A stretch of 63,976 nucleotides of DNA, counting the filler, from Vicugna vicugna (Eukaryota): the NCBI GenBank assembly GCA_013265495.1. It is 78 parts of 77 records of this genome, joined end to end, with 100 filler letters (N's around TTAATTAATTAA, not from the genome) between each part and the next. Parts side by side here need not be neighbours in the genome. Positions count along the whole stretch, not along the records: positions 49,067 to 49,842 come from PNXW01027161.1; positions 49,943 to 50,756 come from PNXW01027162.1; positions 50,857 to 51,421 come from PNXW01027164.1; positions 51,522 to 52,413 come from MU063019.1; positions 52,514 to 53,202 come from MU063020.1; positions 53,303 to 53,678 come from PNXW01027171.1; positions 53,779 to 54,765 come from PNXW01027173.1; positions 54,866 to 55,290 come from PNXW01027174.1; 70 more parts are not named here. The stretch is one strand, 5' to 3'. This document shows positions 49,067 to 60,807 of this stretch, one piece after another (positions within the stretch are counted from its first letter, which is position 1; each line of letters begins with the position of its first letter). Under the pieces are notes generated by a model, which saw nothing but the letters and a program-made list of their open reading frames with translations, was not told the DNA's origin and ran no database searches. Position numbers and translations under genes: made by a program.

Positions 49067-49842
49067 ACGCACTGACAATGCTTCCGGATTCCTGAGCGTG
49101 GGGAGGTTCCATCAACGGTCAGGAGCGTGTGGGTTCTAACGGAATGCCTATGCTCGTCTCCCCTGAGGGTTTTCCTAATGTCTCTGTGCCAGGGAATGCT
49201 AGGGGTGATTGCAGGTTATCCCAGTGACCGAGGCTGCCTCCCCAAGGTCAGGAAAAAATTCCCCGAACAGGGAACACCTGTGACTGAAGAGAGCTGCGTG
49301 GAGTTGTCTCTCGAGCTCCCCCACGCACTGACAATGGTTCCGGAATCCTGAGCGTGGGGAGGTTCCACCAACGGTCGGCAGCACGTGGGTTCTAACGGAA
49401 TGCCTAAGCTCGTCTCCCCTGAGGGTTTTCCTAATGTGTCTGTGCCAGGGATTGGTAGGGGTGATTGCAGGATATCCCAGTGACCGAGGCTACATCCCCA
49501 AGGTCAGGAAAAGTATATCTCGATCTTCCCAGATCAGGGAACTCCTGTGAATGAAGAGAGCTGGGTGGAGTTGTCTCTCGAGCTCCCCCACGCACTGACA
49601 ATGGTTCCGGAATCCTGAGCGTGGGGAGGTTCCACCAACGATCGGCAGCGCGTGGGTTCTAACGGAATGCCTAAGCTCGTCTCCCCTGAGGGTTTTCCTA
49701 ATATCTCTGTGCCAGGGAATGTTAGGGGGGTTTGCAGGATATCCCGGTGTCATACGCTGCCTCCCCAAGTCACGGAAGTTATTTCCCGGACTTCCCCGTA
49801 CAGGGAACTTCTGTGAATTAAGAGAGCTCCGTGGAGTTGTCT
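49067..49842 (-). repeat. Satellite A1 (~3 monomers)
   Basis: ACGCACTGACAATG repeated three times; one monomer has an ~11-bp deletion near 49255. Confidence 0.95.
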
Positions 49843-49942
49843 NNNNNNNNNNNNNNNNNNNNNNNNNNNNNNNNNNNNNNNNNNNNTTAATTAATTAANN
49901 NNNNNNNNNNNNNNNNNNNNNNNNNNNNNNNNNNNNNNNNNN

Positions 49943-50351
49943 TCCTTCACTCCTGATTGGTCCATTTCCCCAATTTCTAATTGGTCCGTTTGTGGTACTT
50001 TATTTGCATGGAGCTCACTCCTGATTATTTCTCTCACTCCTGATTGGTCCATTTCCCTCACTCCAGATTGGTTATTTCTCTCCCTCCTGATTGGTCCATT
50101 TCTACAAAGCTTATTCCTAATTAGTCAACTTTTGTTATACCCTACCTGCATGTGATGTTGCAAAATGTAAACTGGCAGCCTATAAAAAAGCATGTGTAAA
50201 CCTACAGACGTGGTCCAGAGCTTGGAGTGTTAACTCCTCTGTGCCCACTGGTGTAATAAACCTGAGTTCTCAAACTCCCTGAGTGCCGGGATCCAGGTTG
50301 CTATAACAACTGAGCTGTAATACTGAGCTGTAACACATTTTTTCTGCAACA
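49943..50351 (+). mobile_element. ERV-like LTR, 3' part (U3-R-U5)
   Basis: Tandem CTCCTGATTGGTCCATTT enhancer repeats, TATAAAA at 50181, AATAAA at 50255, and a terminal ...TGCAACA at 50345-50351 followed by unrelated AT-rich DNA. Confidence 0.75.
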
Positions 50352-50529
50352 TTTCAACAATAACAATATATCAATATATTTATTATATTAATTATATATT
50401 TATATATTAATTATATAAATACAATATATTTGGTATTATTTTATCTTCAAAAACAATTCAGTGAATGGATATTATTACTCTCATAGATTAAGAAAAGAGT
50501 TTCTGAGTGGGACAAGATCATTAAGTGCC

Positions 50530-50750
50530 AATTCTGGAGCTAGAATGCCTTGCTTTAAGTGTTGTGTTTCATACTTTCTAACTGTGAAACTCTGGGAAAG
50601 TTACTTAAACTCTGTGCCTTAATTCTCTTGTCATTATATCTCTTGTCATGGGATAATAGGACCCTCCCATAGCACTGTTGTGAGAATCATAGAAACTAAA
50701 ATACACAAAGTGCCTGAAAAAATAAGTGAACATGGTGAGCTCAAAATGAG
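50530..50750 (+). mobile_element. MIR SINE
   Basis: TCTGGAGCTAGAATGCCT...CTGTGAAACTCTGGGAAAGTTACTTAAACTCTGTGCCTTAATT...GTTGTGAGAAT...AAAGTGCCTG. Confidence 0.75.
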
Positions 50751-50856
50751 AACTGANNNNNNNNNNNNNNNNNNNNNNNNNNNNNNNNNNNNNNNNNNNN
50801 TTAATTAATTAANNNNNNNNNNNNNNNNNNNNNNNNNNNNNNNNNNNNNNNNNNNN

Positions 50857-51421
50857 TGCGTGGTCTCCCTTTCCCCACATCCAGCACACCCACGAAGAAC
50901 ATTTCTGGTAAACTGATTGTGGGTAGGCACCTCCAAATGACAGCAGCACCTTGGATCTTATAATATCACTTGGCTTGCTTTCCCTGAGTGTTTCCTTTGG
51001 CCAGGCTGTGAGCGAATGTTGCTGTTGGGCACTAAAGTCTAATAATAGCGAGTGCCTCTCTATGGGCATTGGAGGTGTTTAAAATACATCCCCAAACTTG
51101 GAACACCTGTGCCCCCCCAAAAATGCGTGGAATCTGTTTCCCCACCTCCAGCACACACACGAAAACAGGTTGAGGTTTCCTGAGTGTGGGGAGGCACCTC
51201 CAACTGACAGCAGCATAGCATCTGGGATCTAATAGGATCACTTAGGTTGACTTCCCTATGTGTTTTCAAAGGACCGGCTGGGAGCGTATGTGGGGGTTGG
51301 GCTCTAAAGCCAAGTAATAGCGAGTGCATCTCTATGGGCAGTGTAGGTGTTTAAAGTACATACCCTCCTTGGGAAAACCTGTTCCCCCATAAAGTTGCGT
51401 GGACTATGTATCCCCAAAACC
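50857..51421 (-). repeat. Satellite A2
   Basis: AATAGCGAGTGC.TCTCTATGGGCA repeated ~270 bp apart. Confidence 0.85.
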
Positions 51422-51521
51422 NNNNNNNNNNNNNNNNNNNNNNNNNNNNNNNNNNNNNNNNNNNNTTAATTAATTAANNNNNNNNNNNNNNNNNNNNNNN
51501 NNNNNNNNNNNNNNNNNNNNN

Positions 51522-52413
51522 CTGGGTTCTATATTTTCTATTCTATATTCTGTATTTTGTGTTCATTATTCTATATTATTTATCCTATATTCTGCATTCC
51601 GTAGTCTATATTCTATATTCTGTGTTCTTCATACTATATTCTAAATTCTATATTCAGTATTCTGTATTCTATATTCTAAATTCTGTGTTCTGCATTCCAT
51701 GTTCTANNNNNNNNNNNNNNNNNNNNNNNNNNNNNNNNNNNNNNNNNNNNNNNNNNNNNNNNNNNNNNNNNNNNNNNNNNNNNNNNNNNNNNNNNNNNNN
51801 NNNNNNNNNNNNNNNNNNNNNNNNNNNNNNNNNNNNNNNNNNNNNNNNNNNNNNNNNNNNNNNNNNNNNNNNNNNNNNNNNNNNNNNNNNNNNNNNNNNN
51901 NNNNNNNNNNNNNNNNNNNNNNNNNNNNNNNNNNNNNNNNNNNNNNNNNNNNNNNNNNNNNNNNNNNNNNNNNNNNNNNNNNNNNNNNNNNNNNNNNNNN
52001 NNNNNNNNNNNNNNNNNNNNNNNNNNNNNNNNNNNNNNNNNNNNNNNNNNNNNNNNNNNNNNNNNNNNNNNNNNNNNNNNNNNNNNNNNNNNNNNNNNNN
52101 NNNNNNNNNNNNNNNNNNNNNNNNNNNNNNNNNNNNNNNNNNNNNNNNNNNNNNNNNNNNNNNNNNTCTATATTCACTGTGTTCTACATTCAATATTCTA
52201 AATTCTGTATTCAGTATTCTGGTTTCTATTTTCTAAATACTGTGTTCTGCATTCCATGTTCTAAATTCTCGGTTCTATATTCTATATTCTAAATTCTGTA
52301 TTCAGTATTCTGGTTTCTATTTTCTAAATACTGTGTTCTGCATTCCATGTTCTAAATTCTCGGTTCTATATTCTATATTCTAAATTCTGTGTTCTAAATT
52401 CCATGTTTTAAAT
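51522..52413 (+). repeat. Heptamer satellite H
   Basis: 7-bp periodicity; exact 91-bp (13x7) duplication around 52193-52392. Confidence 0.93.
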
Positions 52414-52513
52414 NNNNNNNNNNNNNNNNNNNNNNNNNNNNNNNNNNNNNNNNNNNNTTAATTAATTAANNNNNNNNNNNNNNNNNNNNNNNNNNNNNNN
52501 NNNNNNNNNNNNN

Positions 52514-53202
52514 AGTTCTAAATTCTAAATTCTAAATTCTATATTCAGTATTCTGTTTCCTATTTTCTAAATACTGTGTTCTGCATTCCATGTTCTATAT
52601 TGTATTTTCAGTATTCTATATTCTATATTCTAAATTCTATGTTCTTCATTCCATTTTCTGAATTCTATATTTAGTATTCTGAATTATATATTCTAAATTC
52701 TGTGTTTGCATTCNNNNNNNNNNNNNNNNNNNNNNNNNNNNNNNNNNNNNNNNNNNNNNNNNNNNNNNNNNNNNNNNNNNNNNNNNNNNNNNNNNNNNNN
52801 NNNNNNNNNNNNNNNNNNNNNNNNNNNNNNNNNNNNNNNNNNNNNNNNNNNNNNNNNNNNNNNNNNNNNNNNNNNNNNNNNNNNNNNNNNNNNNNNNNNN
52901 NNNNNNNNNNNNNNNNNNNNNNNNNNNNNNNNNNNNNNNNNNNNNNNNNNNNNNNNNNNNNNNNNNNNNGTGTTCTACATTCTATACTCTAAATTCAATA
53001 TTCAGTATTCTGTATTTTATAATCTAAATTCTGTGCTCTGCATTCTATGTTCCAAAATATGGGTTATATATTTTCGACTCTATTTTTTTTGTGTGTTTTT
53101 CATCTATATTCTACATAATATGTTCTGCATTCCGTATTCTGTATTCAATATTATGTGTTCTACTTTCTGTATTCTAAATTATATATACTGTATTCTGTAT
53201 TC
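52514..53202 (+). repeat. Heptamer satellite H
   Basis: 7-bp periodicity. Confidence 0.92.
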
Positions 53203-53302
53203 NNNNNNNNNNNNNNNNNNNNNNNNNNNNNNNNNNNNNNNNNNNNTTAATTAATTAANNNNNNNNNNNNNNNNNNNNNNNNNNNNNNNNNNNNNNNNNN
53301 NN

Positions 53303-53678
53303 GGGTTTTCCTAATGTCTCTGTGCCAGGGAATGCTAGGAGAGTTTGAAGGAAATCCCAGTGACAGAGGCTATATCCCCAAGGTCAGGGAAGGTATTTCT
53401 CGGACTTCCCCGGACAGGGAACACCTGTGACTGAAGAGAGCTGCGTGGAGTTGTCTCTCGAGCTACCCCACGCACTGACAATGGTTCCGGAAACCTGAGC
53501 GAGTGGAGGTTCCACCAAAGGTCGGCAGCGCGTGGGTTCAAACAGAATGGCAGAGCTGGTCTCCCCTGAGTGTTTTTTTTAATGTCTCTGTGCCAGGGAA
53601 TGCTAGGGGGATTTGCAGGAAATCTCGGTGATACAGGCTGCCTCCCCAAGGTCAGGGAAGCTTTTTCTCGGACTTCCC
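53303..53678 (-). repeat. Satellite A1
   Basis: A1 core motifs. Confidence 0.93.
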
Positions 53679-53778
53679 NNNNNNNNNNNNNNNNNNNNNN
53701 NNNNNNNNNNNNNNNNNNNNNNTTAATTAATTAANNNNNNNNNNNNNNNNNNNNNNNNNNNNNNNNNNNNNNNNNNNN

Positions 53779-54765
53779 GGAAAGGGAGAGCAGTGCAGCC
53801 CCGGGGTCGCGGGGCAGGGAAAGTGGGGGGTGGGGGACACGGGCTGCAACCCCGCTCGGAGGCCAGCCCCAGCTCCACCCGCCCAACCCTTCCAGGTCCG
53901 CAGACCACGCCCACCAGGGACACAGCCCGCCCAGTGGTTGGGACGGGCCGGTGGCCAAGTAGAGAAAGCCCAGGATGAGAGGACTCTCGGGTGGGAGAGG
54001 GGAAGGGGACGCCAGCAGCGGACTGAGGGGAGCCCGGCTGGGTGAGAGGCGGCAGGGACACACCTGGCCCTGGACAGCTGTGGCTGGGGCGCCGGGGCAG
54101 GTGGCGCGGCAGAGGGGTCTGGCCGGAGCAATTCAGCTGAATACAGGCTGACTGGTTCCCTTGGGGGCTGTGACAGGAGGACCGCCCCCCTGCAGCCGCC
54201 TGACCCCTTTCCCGGGAGCCCCCCACATTGCACTTCCACAGCCAGAGGCCCCGGCTCCAGGTAGGGGCCAAAGGCCCACCGGGCAACAGAGCCAAGAAGC
54301 CTTTGGGCCGATCCCAGACTCGGAGTTGGAGCTTCCAACCAGCGGTCCAGCTGGCACCGACTGTGCATGCGCAGGAGGGCCAGCGATCCTCTCTGGGTTC
54401 TGTGAGGGAAGGTGGGGCAGCAAGGGAGGGAGAAGATGGGAGCGGGTGGAGAGAAGGGGTAAAGTGGAGGGAGACAGATGGACAGGAGGAGCAGAGAGAT
54501 GGGAGGGATCTGGAGAGGGAAGGGTCGTAGAGGAGATGGAGAGAAAAAGCTTTACCTCTGGGGCACCCCGAAGGAGGCTACAAACCTGCCTCTGTACCCA
54601 TCTGTAAACCTTCAAGGCCCGCAGCTCATGTTTTACCTCCCTGATCCAGCCCTCCATCGGATGATTCTGCAGAACCCCAATGTATCACACCCGTTGCCCT
54701 CACAAGGAGCTGGGTATTCCGGGAACCAAGCACCCGCAGGTGTTGTCGCTCAGAACTACCTTTGG
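53779..54765. promoter_or_regulatory. GC-rich/CpG-island fragment, paralog of 13109-13550
   Basis: Colinear match, e.g. GCAGCCCCGGGGTCGCGGGG, CCCCGCTCGGAGGCCAGCCCCAG and GGGAGAGGGGAAGGGGACGCCAGC. Confidence 0.6.
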
Positions 54766-54865
54766 NNNNNNNNNNNNNNNNNNNNNNNNNNNNNNNNNNN
54801 NNNNNNNNNTTAATTAATTAANNNNNNNNNNNNNNNNNNNNNNNNNNNNNNNNNNNNNNNNNNNN

Positions 54866-55290
54866 GGATTCTGGAACCATCGCTGTGCGTGGGGGAGCTC
54901 GAGAGAAAACTCCACGCAGCTATTTTCAGTCACAGGTGTTCCCTGTTAGGGGAAACTCTGATAAATTCCTTCCCTGACCTTGGGGAGGCAGCCGCTGCCA
55001 CTGGGCTTTCCAGCACAACCCCCTAGCATTCCCTGCCAGCCAATCTCTGGAAAACACTCACGGGAGACGAGCTAAGGTATTCCATTAGAACCCACGTGCT
55101 GCCGACCATTGGTGGAACCTCCCCACCCTCAGGATTCATCCGGAACGCTTCTGTGTGCGTGGGGGAGTTTGAGACCACGTCCAAGCAGCTATATTCAGTC
55201 ACAAGTGTTCCCTGTTAGGGGGACTTCTGATAATTACATTCCCTGAGCATGGGGATGCAGCCGCTGCCACTGGGATTTCCAGCACAACCC
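54866..55290 (+). repeat. Satellite A variant subfamily (A3, ~270 bp)
   Basis: A1-like backbone with its own diagnostic substitutions, shared by both monomers (GCAGCCGCTGCCACTGGG.TTTCCAGCACAACCC; CCCTGTTAGGGG). Confidence 0.85.
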
Positions 55291-55968
55291 NNNNNNNNNN
55301 NNNNNNNNNNNNNNNNNNNNNNNNNNNNNNNNNNTTAATTAATTAANNNNNNNNNNNNNNNNNNNNNNNNNNNNNNNNNNNNNNNNNNNNCTTGATCAGA
55401 CCTTGATCATCTACCTGCCACGCCCAACAGGCTTCTCCATACAGGCAGGCAAGCTGGCTTTCAAGTGCATACAAAGCCATCCTTGGTCTAACCTGGGCTC
55501 TTCTGTGGCTTCTCCAACCTAAAGGCAGCCATGAAACTGCTCACAGTTTGTATATGAGCCACACTACCTCTCTCTATTTGTCTCCCCACCTATACTACTT
55601 AGCTATGACCATTTTGAGAATCTTGGACACAAATTTTTAAAAACAAAAAAGAAAGGATTCTGGAACAAGTACTTAATACTTACAAGTTTAAATGACAAGT
55701 TACAAAGTGAGTATTTACAAACATCTTCCTTTCTAAAAGTCAGTTTTAAGCATTTACAAATATAATAGCAAAATATTCTCACTTACAAAATTGACAAAAA
55801 CATAATTACTCTGGAATAAATTGAAAAATAATGCCCATGTTCTAAATGGAGAAACTTCAGGACTGTACNNNNNNNNNNNNNNNNNNNNNNNNNNNNNNNN
55901 NNNNNNNNNNNNTTAATTAATTAANNNNNNNNNNNNNNNNNNNNNNNNNNNNNNNNNNNNNNNNNNNN

Positions 55969-56963
55969 ATTCTGAGTTCTGAATTCCATGTTCCTAAATC
56001 TGGCTTAAATATTATTTAAGCTGTATCATTTATTCTGTTTTTTACATTCTATATTCTAAATTATATATTCAGTATTATGTATTCTATATTCTATACTCTC
56101 TGTTCTACATTATATTTTTTCATTTATTTATTAAGTATTCTCTTTAATATATTCTAAATTCTGTGTTCTGCATTCCATGTTGTAAATTCTGGGCTTTATA
56201 TTCAATTTTCTATATTATATATTCTGTGTTCTATATTGTATATTCTAAATTCTATATTCTGCATTCAGTATTCTATATTCTTTATACTGTGTTCAACATT
56301 CTATATTCTAAATTCTATATTCAGTATTCTGTATTCCATATTCTAAATTCTGTGTTCTNNNNNNNNNNNNNNNNNNNNNNNNNNNNNNNNNNNNNNNNNN
56401 NNNNNNNNNNNNNNNNNNNNNNNNNNNNNNNNNNNNNNNNNNNNNNNNNNNNNNNNNNTCTATATTCTATATTCTGTGCTCTGCATTCTGTATTCTAAAT
56501 AATATATTCAGCGTTCTGTATTCTATATTATAAATTCTGTGTTTTACACTCTATGTATTAAATTCTATATTCAGTATTATGTAATCTATATTCAAATTCT
56601 GTGTACTGCATAGCATGTTCTTTATTCTGGATTCTATATTCTGTATTCTACATTCTATATTCTAAATTATATATTCAGAATTATGTTCTTTATATTCTAT
56701 ATTCTGTGCTCTGCATTCTGTATTCTAAATAATATATTCAGCGTTCTGTATTCTATATTATAAATTCTGTGTTTTACACTCTATGTATTAAATTCTATAT
56801 TCAGTATTATGTAATCTATATTCAAATTCTGTGTACTGCATAGCATGTTCTTTATTCTGGATTCTATATTCTGTATTCTACATTCTATATTCTAAATTAT
56901 ATATTCAGAATTATGTTCTTTATATTCTATATTCTGTGTTGTACATTCAATTTTTTAATTGTT
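55969..56963 (+). repeat. Heptamer satellite H
   Basis: 7-bp periodicity; exact ~230-bp duplication (56471 vs 56701). Confidence 0.92.
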
Positions 56964-57063
56964 NNNNNNNNNNNNNNNNNNNNNNNNNNNNNNNNNNNNN
57001 NNNNNNNTTAATTAATTAANNNNNNNNNNNNNNNNNNNNNNNNNNNNNNNNNNNNNNNNNNNN

Positions 57064-58008
57064 ACCCCAGAGATATGTAATTTGTATAGATTCCATCAAC
57101 ATGATATTTCATGTTCCGTACATGATACATGCATGACGGATTCGACAAACATGCATTCCTGAGTTGAGAACATGTGCATTACTGATCTTTCATCCTCTAT
57201 AAAAGGAATATTTTTATCTTCAAACGTGTACACATTTTCACAAGCTTTCACTAATACCAGTTTCGAATTCATGCATTTTTCACAGAAAAATACTTCTGGA
57301 GCGATTTCAAACTAATACATATGTAAGTTGCATTAATTCCATCAACATGGCATTCCGGATTCCTTACATGCTACATGCATGATGGATCCGGCATACATGA
57401 ATTTCTGAGTTGTGAGCACGTGGATTACTGACCTTTAATCCACCAAACAAGGTATATATACACTTAGAAATATTTACTCTGACTTCATATGTTTTTTCTA
57501 TCTCCAGGTCCTAAAATCGGACATTTGGCACCAGAAAACACTCTTTGAGCGTATTCTCACCAATACACATGTAAGTTACATTGTTTACGTAATCATGGCA
57601 TTCCGTATTTCAAACATGTTTCATGCAACATGGATTACTCAAACATGCATTTCTGAGTTGTGAACATTCGCATGACTGATGTTTCAAACATAACAGTGTA
57701 CCTATGTTCTTTGATATATTTACTTTGACTTCATAGTTTCTCCCTCTCACCAGTTTCAAGAATCACACTTTGATTCAAGAAAAACCCACTTTGATTCAAG
57801 AAAAACCCTCTTCGAGCGAATTCTACCCTATAGATATATAATTTGAATAGATTTCATACATGATATTCCATGTTATGTACATGCTACATGCATGACGGAT
57901 TTGACAAACATGCATTCATGAGTCGAGAGCATGTGGATTACTGATTTTTCATCCTCTATAAATGGAAAATATTAATCTAGACACGTGTACACATTTTCAC
58001 AAGCTTCC
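57064..58008 (+). repeat. Satellite C, >1 full trimeric higher-order unit
   Basis: Subunit landmark ATG.T.CATGCA at ~57122, 57368, 57616 and 57881; the 1st and 4th subunits are the same type. Confidence 0.92.
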
Positions 58009-58269
58009 NNNNNNNNNNNNNNNNNNNNNNNNNNNNNNNNNNNNNNNNNNNNTTAATTAATTAANNNNNNNNNNNNNNNNNNNNNNNNNNNNNNNNNNNN
58101 NNNNNNNNGAGCCAACGCAGGGTGCCACTCTGGAGGTTCCACAGTCTCTTCTGTTCACAGTACTTCCCCCAATTCTTTTCACCTCATTTATTCGAATCAG
58201 ATCAGTGGTGTAGGATTCTCCAGGGTTTGATTAAGAGACCAGATGGAGGCATGAAGAATTCTAAAATTT

Positions 58270-59052
58270 TCCAAAAGTAACAGCCAAGGTAAAATGTCTA
58301 AGAATAGCCTAACAAAAGGATAGTAGGAACTATCAAATAAATAAAAGTTAAATCTACTGAAAGATATAAAAGATGCTTCAATCACATGATTCTAGATTAA
58401 AAGATCATATCTCCAAAGTATTAGAAGTTATAAAGTTGATTTGGGGTTTATTGTGAATAAAATCATATTAGTAATATAATAATAAATAAGATAATGAGAG
58501 GTTTACAAGTTCAAGAATAGCCAGAGTAGAAAATAGACAGGAAGTCCAGATATGGACTCTCATATCGATAATAAATTAATATAAGAAATGGAAGGCATTA
58601 CAAATATGGAGAGAAATAAAGNNNNNNNNNNNNNNNNNNNNNNNNNNNNNNNNNNNNNNNNNNNNNNNNNNNNNNNNNNNNNNNNNNNNNNNNNNNNNNN
58701 NNNNNNNNNNNNNNNNNNNNNNNNNNNNNNNNNNNNNNNNNNNNNNNNNNNNNNNNNNNNNNNNNNNNNNNNNNNNNNNNNNNNNNNNNNNNNNNGTTTC
58801 AGAGGAAAATATATACAGATTTCCATGCATCAGAAGCATCCTAATTTTAAACAAAACACCAGAGGATGTTATTTGTTTACAAATCCGACAAGGGACTAAT
58901 TCCATCAATACATAGAGAGTTCAGATCACTTCAAAGGTAACATCCAAAAATCTCAGGAGCGTAGAAGGCAGAAAAGATGAACACATCTTCACAAAGGAAA
59001 AAACAGTTGTCCCACTCCAATGGTAATTCAGTCATTTCACATCAGAATGAAA
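58270..59052 (+). mobile_element. Highly degenerate LINE-1 ORF2 remnant (L1ME-like)
   Basis: A-rich sense strand with L1 ORF2-like landmarks (AGAATAGCCTAACAA, GAAGTCCAGATATGGACTC, AAGGCATTACAAAT, GACAAGGGACTAATTCC). Confidence 0.55.
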
Positions 59053-59152
59053 NNNNNNNNNNNNNNNNNNNNNNNNNNNNNNNNNNNNNNNNNNNNTTAA
59101 TTAATTAANNNNNNNNNNNNNNNNNNNNNNNNNNNNNNNNNNNNNNNNNNNN

Positions 59153-59850
59153 AAGGAAGAGCCGAGTAGAATAGGTAAACCCATTGACTGAGATGAGAAT
59201 GATTTAAAGGTGTAGCAAAGCTGACTATATAACGCAGAATAACGAATTAGTGACTTAGAATACAGGAAAATAGAAAGCACCCAATCAGAAGAGCTACAAG
59301 AGAAACAACAAGAAACAAATGAAAAAAGCATAAGGGACTTATGGGATAATAGAAAGCATGCCAATCTTGGCTTGATAGAAGCCCCAGAAAGGGAGGAAAG
59401 ATCAAAGGGGATTGAAAAGATGTTTGAAGAATTCATGACTGAGAACTTCCCAAACTTAAAGAAGGAATCAGATATACAAGTACAGGACGTTCAGTGTGTT
59501 CCAAACAAGAAGAACCCAAATACACCCACACAAAGACATATAATTATGATGGCCAGAGTCAGGGATAAAGAAATGATCCTAAAGTAATAAGAGTAGAGCA
59601 AAGAGTGAGTTACAATGGAATCACCATAAGGCTCCCAGCTGATTTCACTACAGAAATACTACAGGTCAGAAGGGAGTGGCAAGATATATTCAAAGTACTG
59701 AATGAAAAAAATGATATACTGTAGGATACTTTGACCAGCAAGTCTACCCTTTATGGTAGAAAGAGACATTAATAATTTCACAGACAAGAAAAAGATTCAA
59801 GAGTTTAACAACTCTAGACCATTGCTAACAGAAATATTGAAATGTGTTCC
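59153..59850 (+). mobile_element. LINE-1 ORF1 remnant (disrupted)
   Basis: The translation PEREERSKGIEKMFEEFMTENFPNLKKESDIQVQDVQCVPNKKNPNTPTQRHII is the L1 ORF1p RRM region. It continues past stops with IRLPADF...RREWQDIFKVL. Confidence 0.92.
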
Positions 59851-59950
59851 NNNNNNNNNNNNNNNNNNNNNNNNNNNNNNNNNNNNNNNNNNNNTTAATT
59901 AATTAANNNNNNNNNNNNNNNNNNNNNNNNNNNNNNNNNNNNNNNNNNNN

Positions 59951-60707
59951 ATTCAGGGAATACAAGCTTAGGGATTCTAATAGATCCCAGGCGCTTCTGT
60001 CTGTTGGAGGATTTTCCCCACATTCAGGATACCTGAACACGTCTTCTTGTGTGTGCTGGAGGTGGGGATACAGATTCTACTCATATTTATGTGGGCACAG
60101 GTGTTCCCAGGTTGAGGATGTAGTTTAAACACCTCCACTTNNNNNNNNNNNNNNNNNNNNNNNNNNNNNNNNNNNNNNNNNNNNNNNNNNNNNNNNNNNN
60201 NNNNNNNNNNNNNNNNNNNNNNNNNNNNNNNNNNNNNNNNNNNNNNNNNNNNNNNNNNNNNNNNNNNNNNNNNNNNNNNNNNNNNNNNNNNNNNNNNNNN
60301 NNNNNNNNNNNNNNNNNNNNNNNNNNNNNNNNNNNNNNNNNNNNNNNNNNNNNNNNNNNNNNNNNNNNNNNNNNNNNNNNNNNNNNNNNNNNNNNNNNNN
60401 NNNNNNNNNNNNNNNNNNNNNNNNNNNNNNNNNNNNNNNNNNNNNNNNNNNNNNNNNNNNNNNNNNNNNNNNNNNNNNNNNNNNNNNNNNNNNNNNNNNN
60501 NNNNNNNNNNNNNNNNNNNNNNNNNNNNNNNNNNNNCCAGGCGCTGAGTTGGAAGAACTTACCCACACTCAGGATTCCGGAACACAGCCTTGTGTGTGGG
60601 GAAATAGTGGAGCCCCAGTCCACGAAGATGAATGGGGGCACAGGTGTTCCCGGTCAGGGAGAAATCCTCTAAGTTCTTTGTCAGTCCTTCAGGGGGCACT
60701 CGCTGCT
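59951..60707 (+). repeat. Satellite A2
   Basis: CAAGCTTAGGGATTCTAATAGATCCCAGGCGC...TTGGAGGA core. Confidence 0.85.
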
Positions 60708-60807
60708 NNNNNNNNNNNNNNNNNNNNNNNNNNNNNNNNNNNNNNNNNNNNTTAATTAATTAANNNNNNNNNNNNNNNNNNNNNNNNNNNNNNNNNNNNN
60801 NNNNNNN

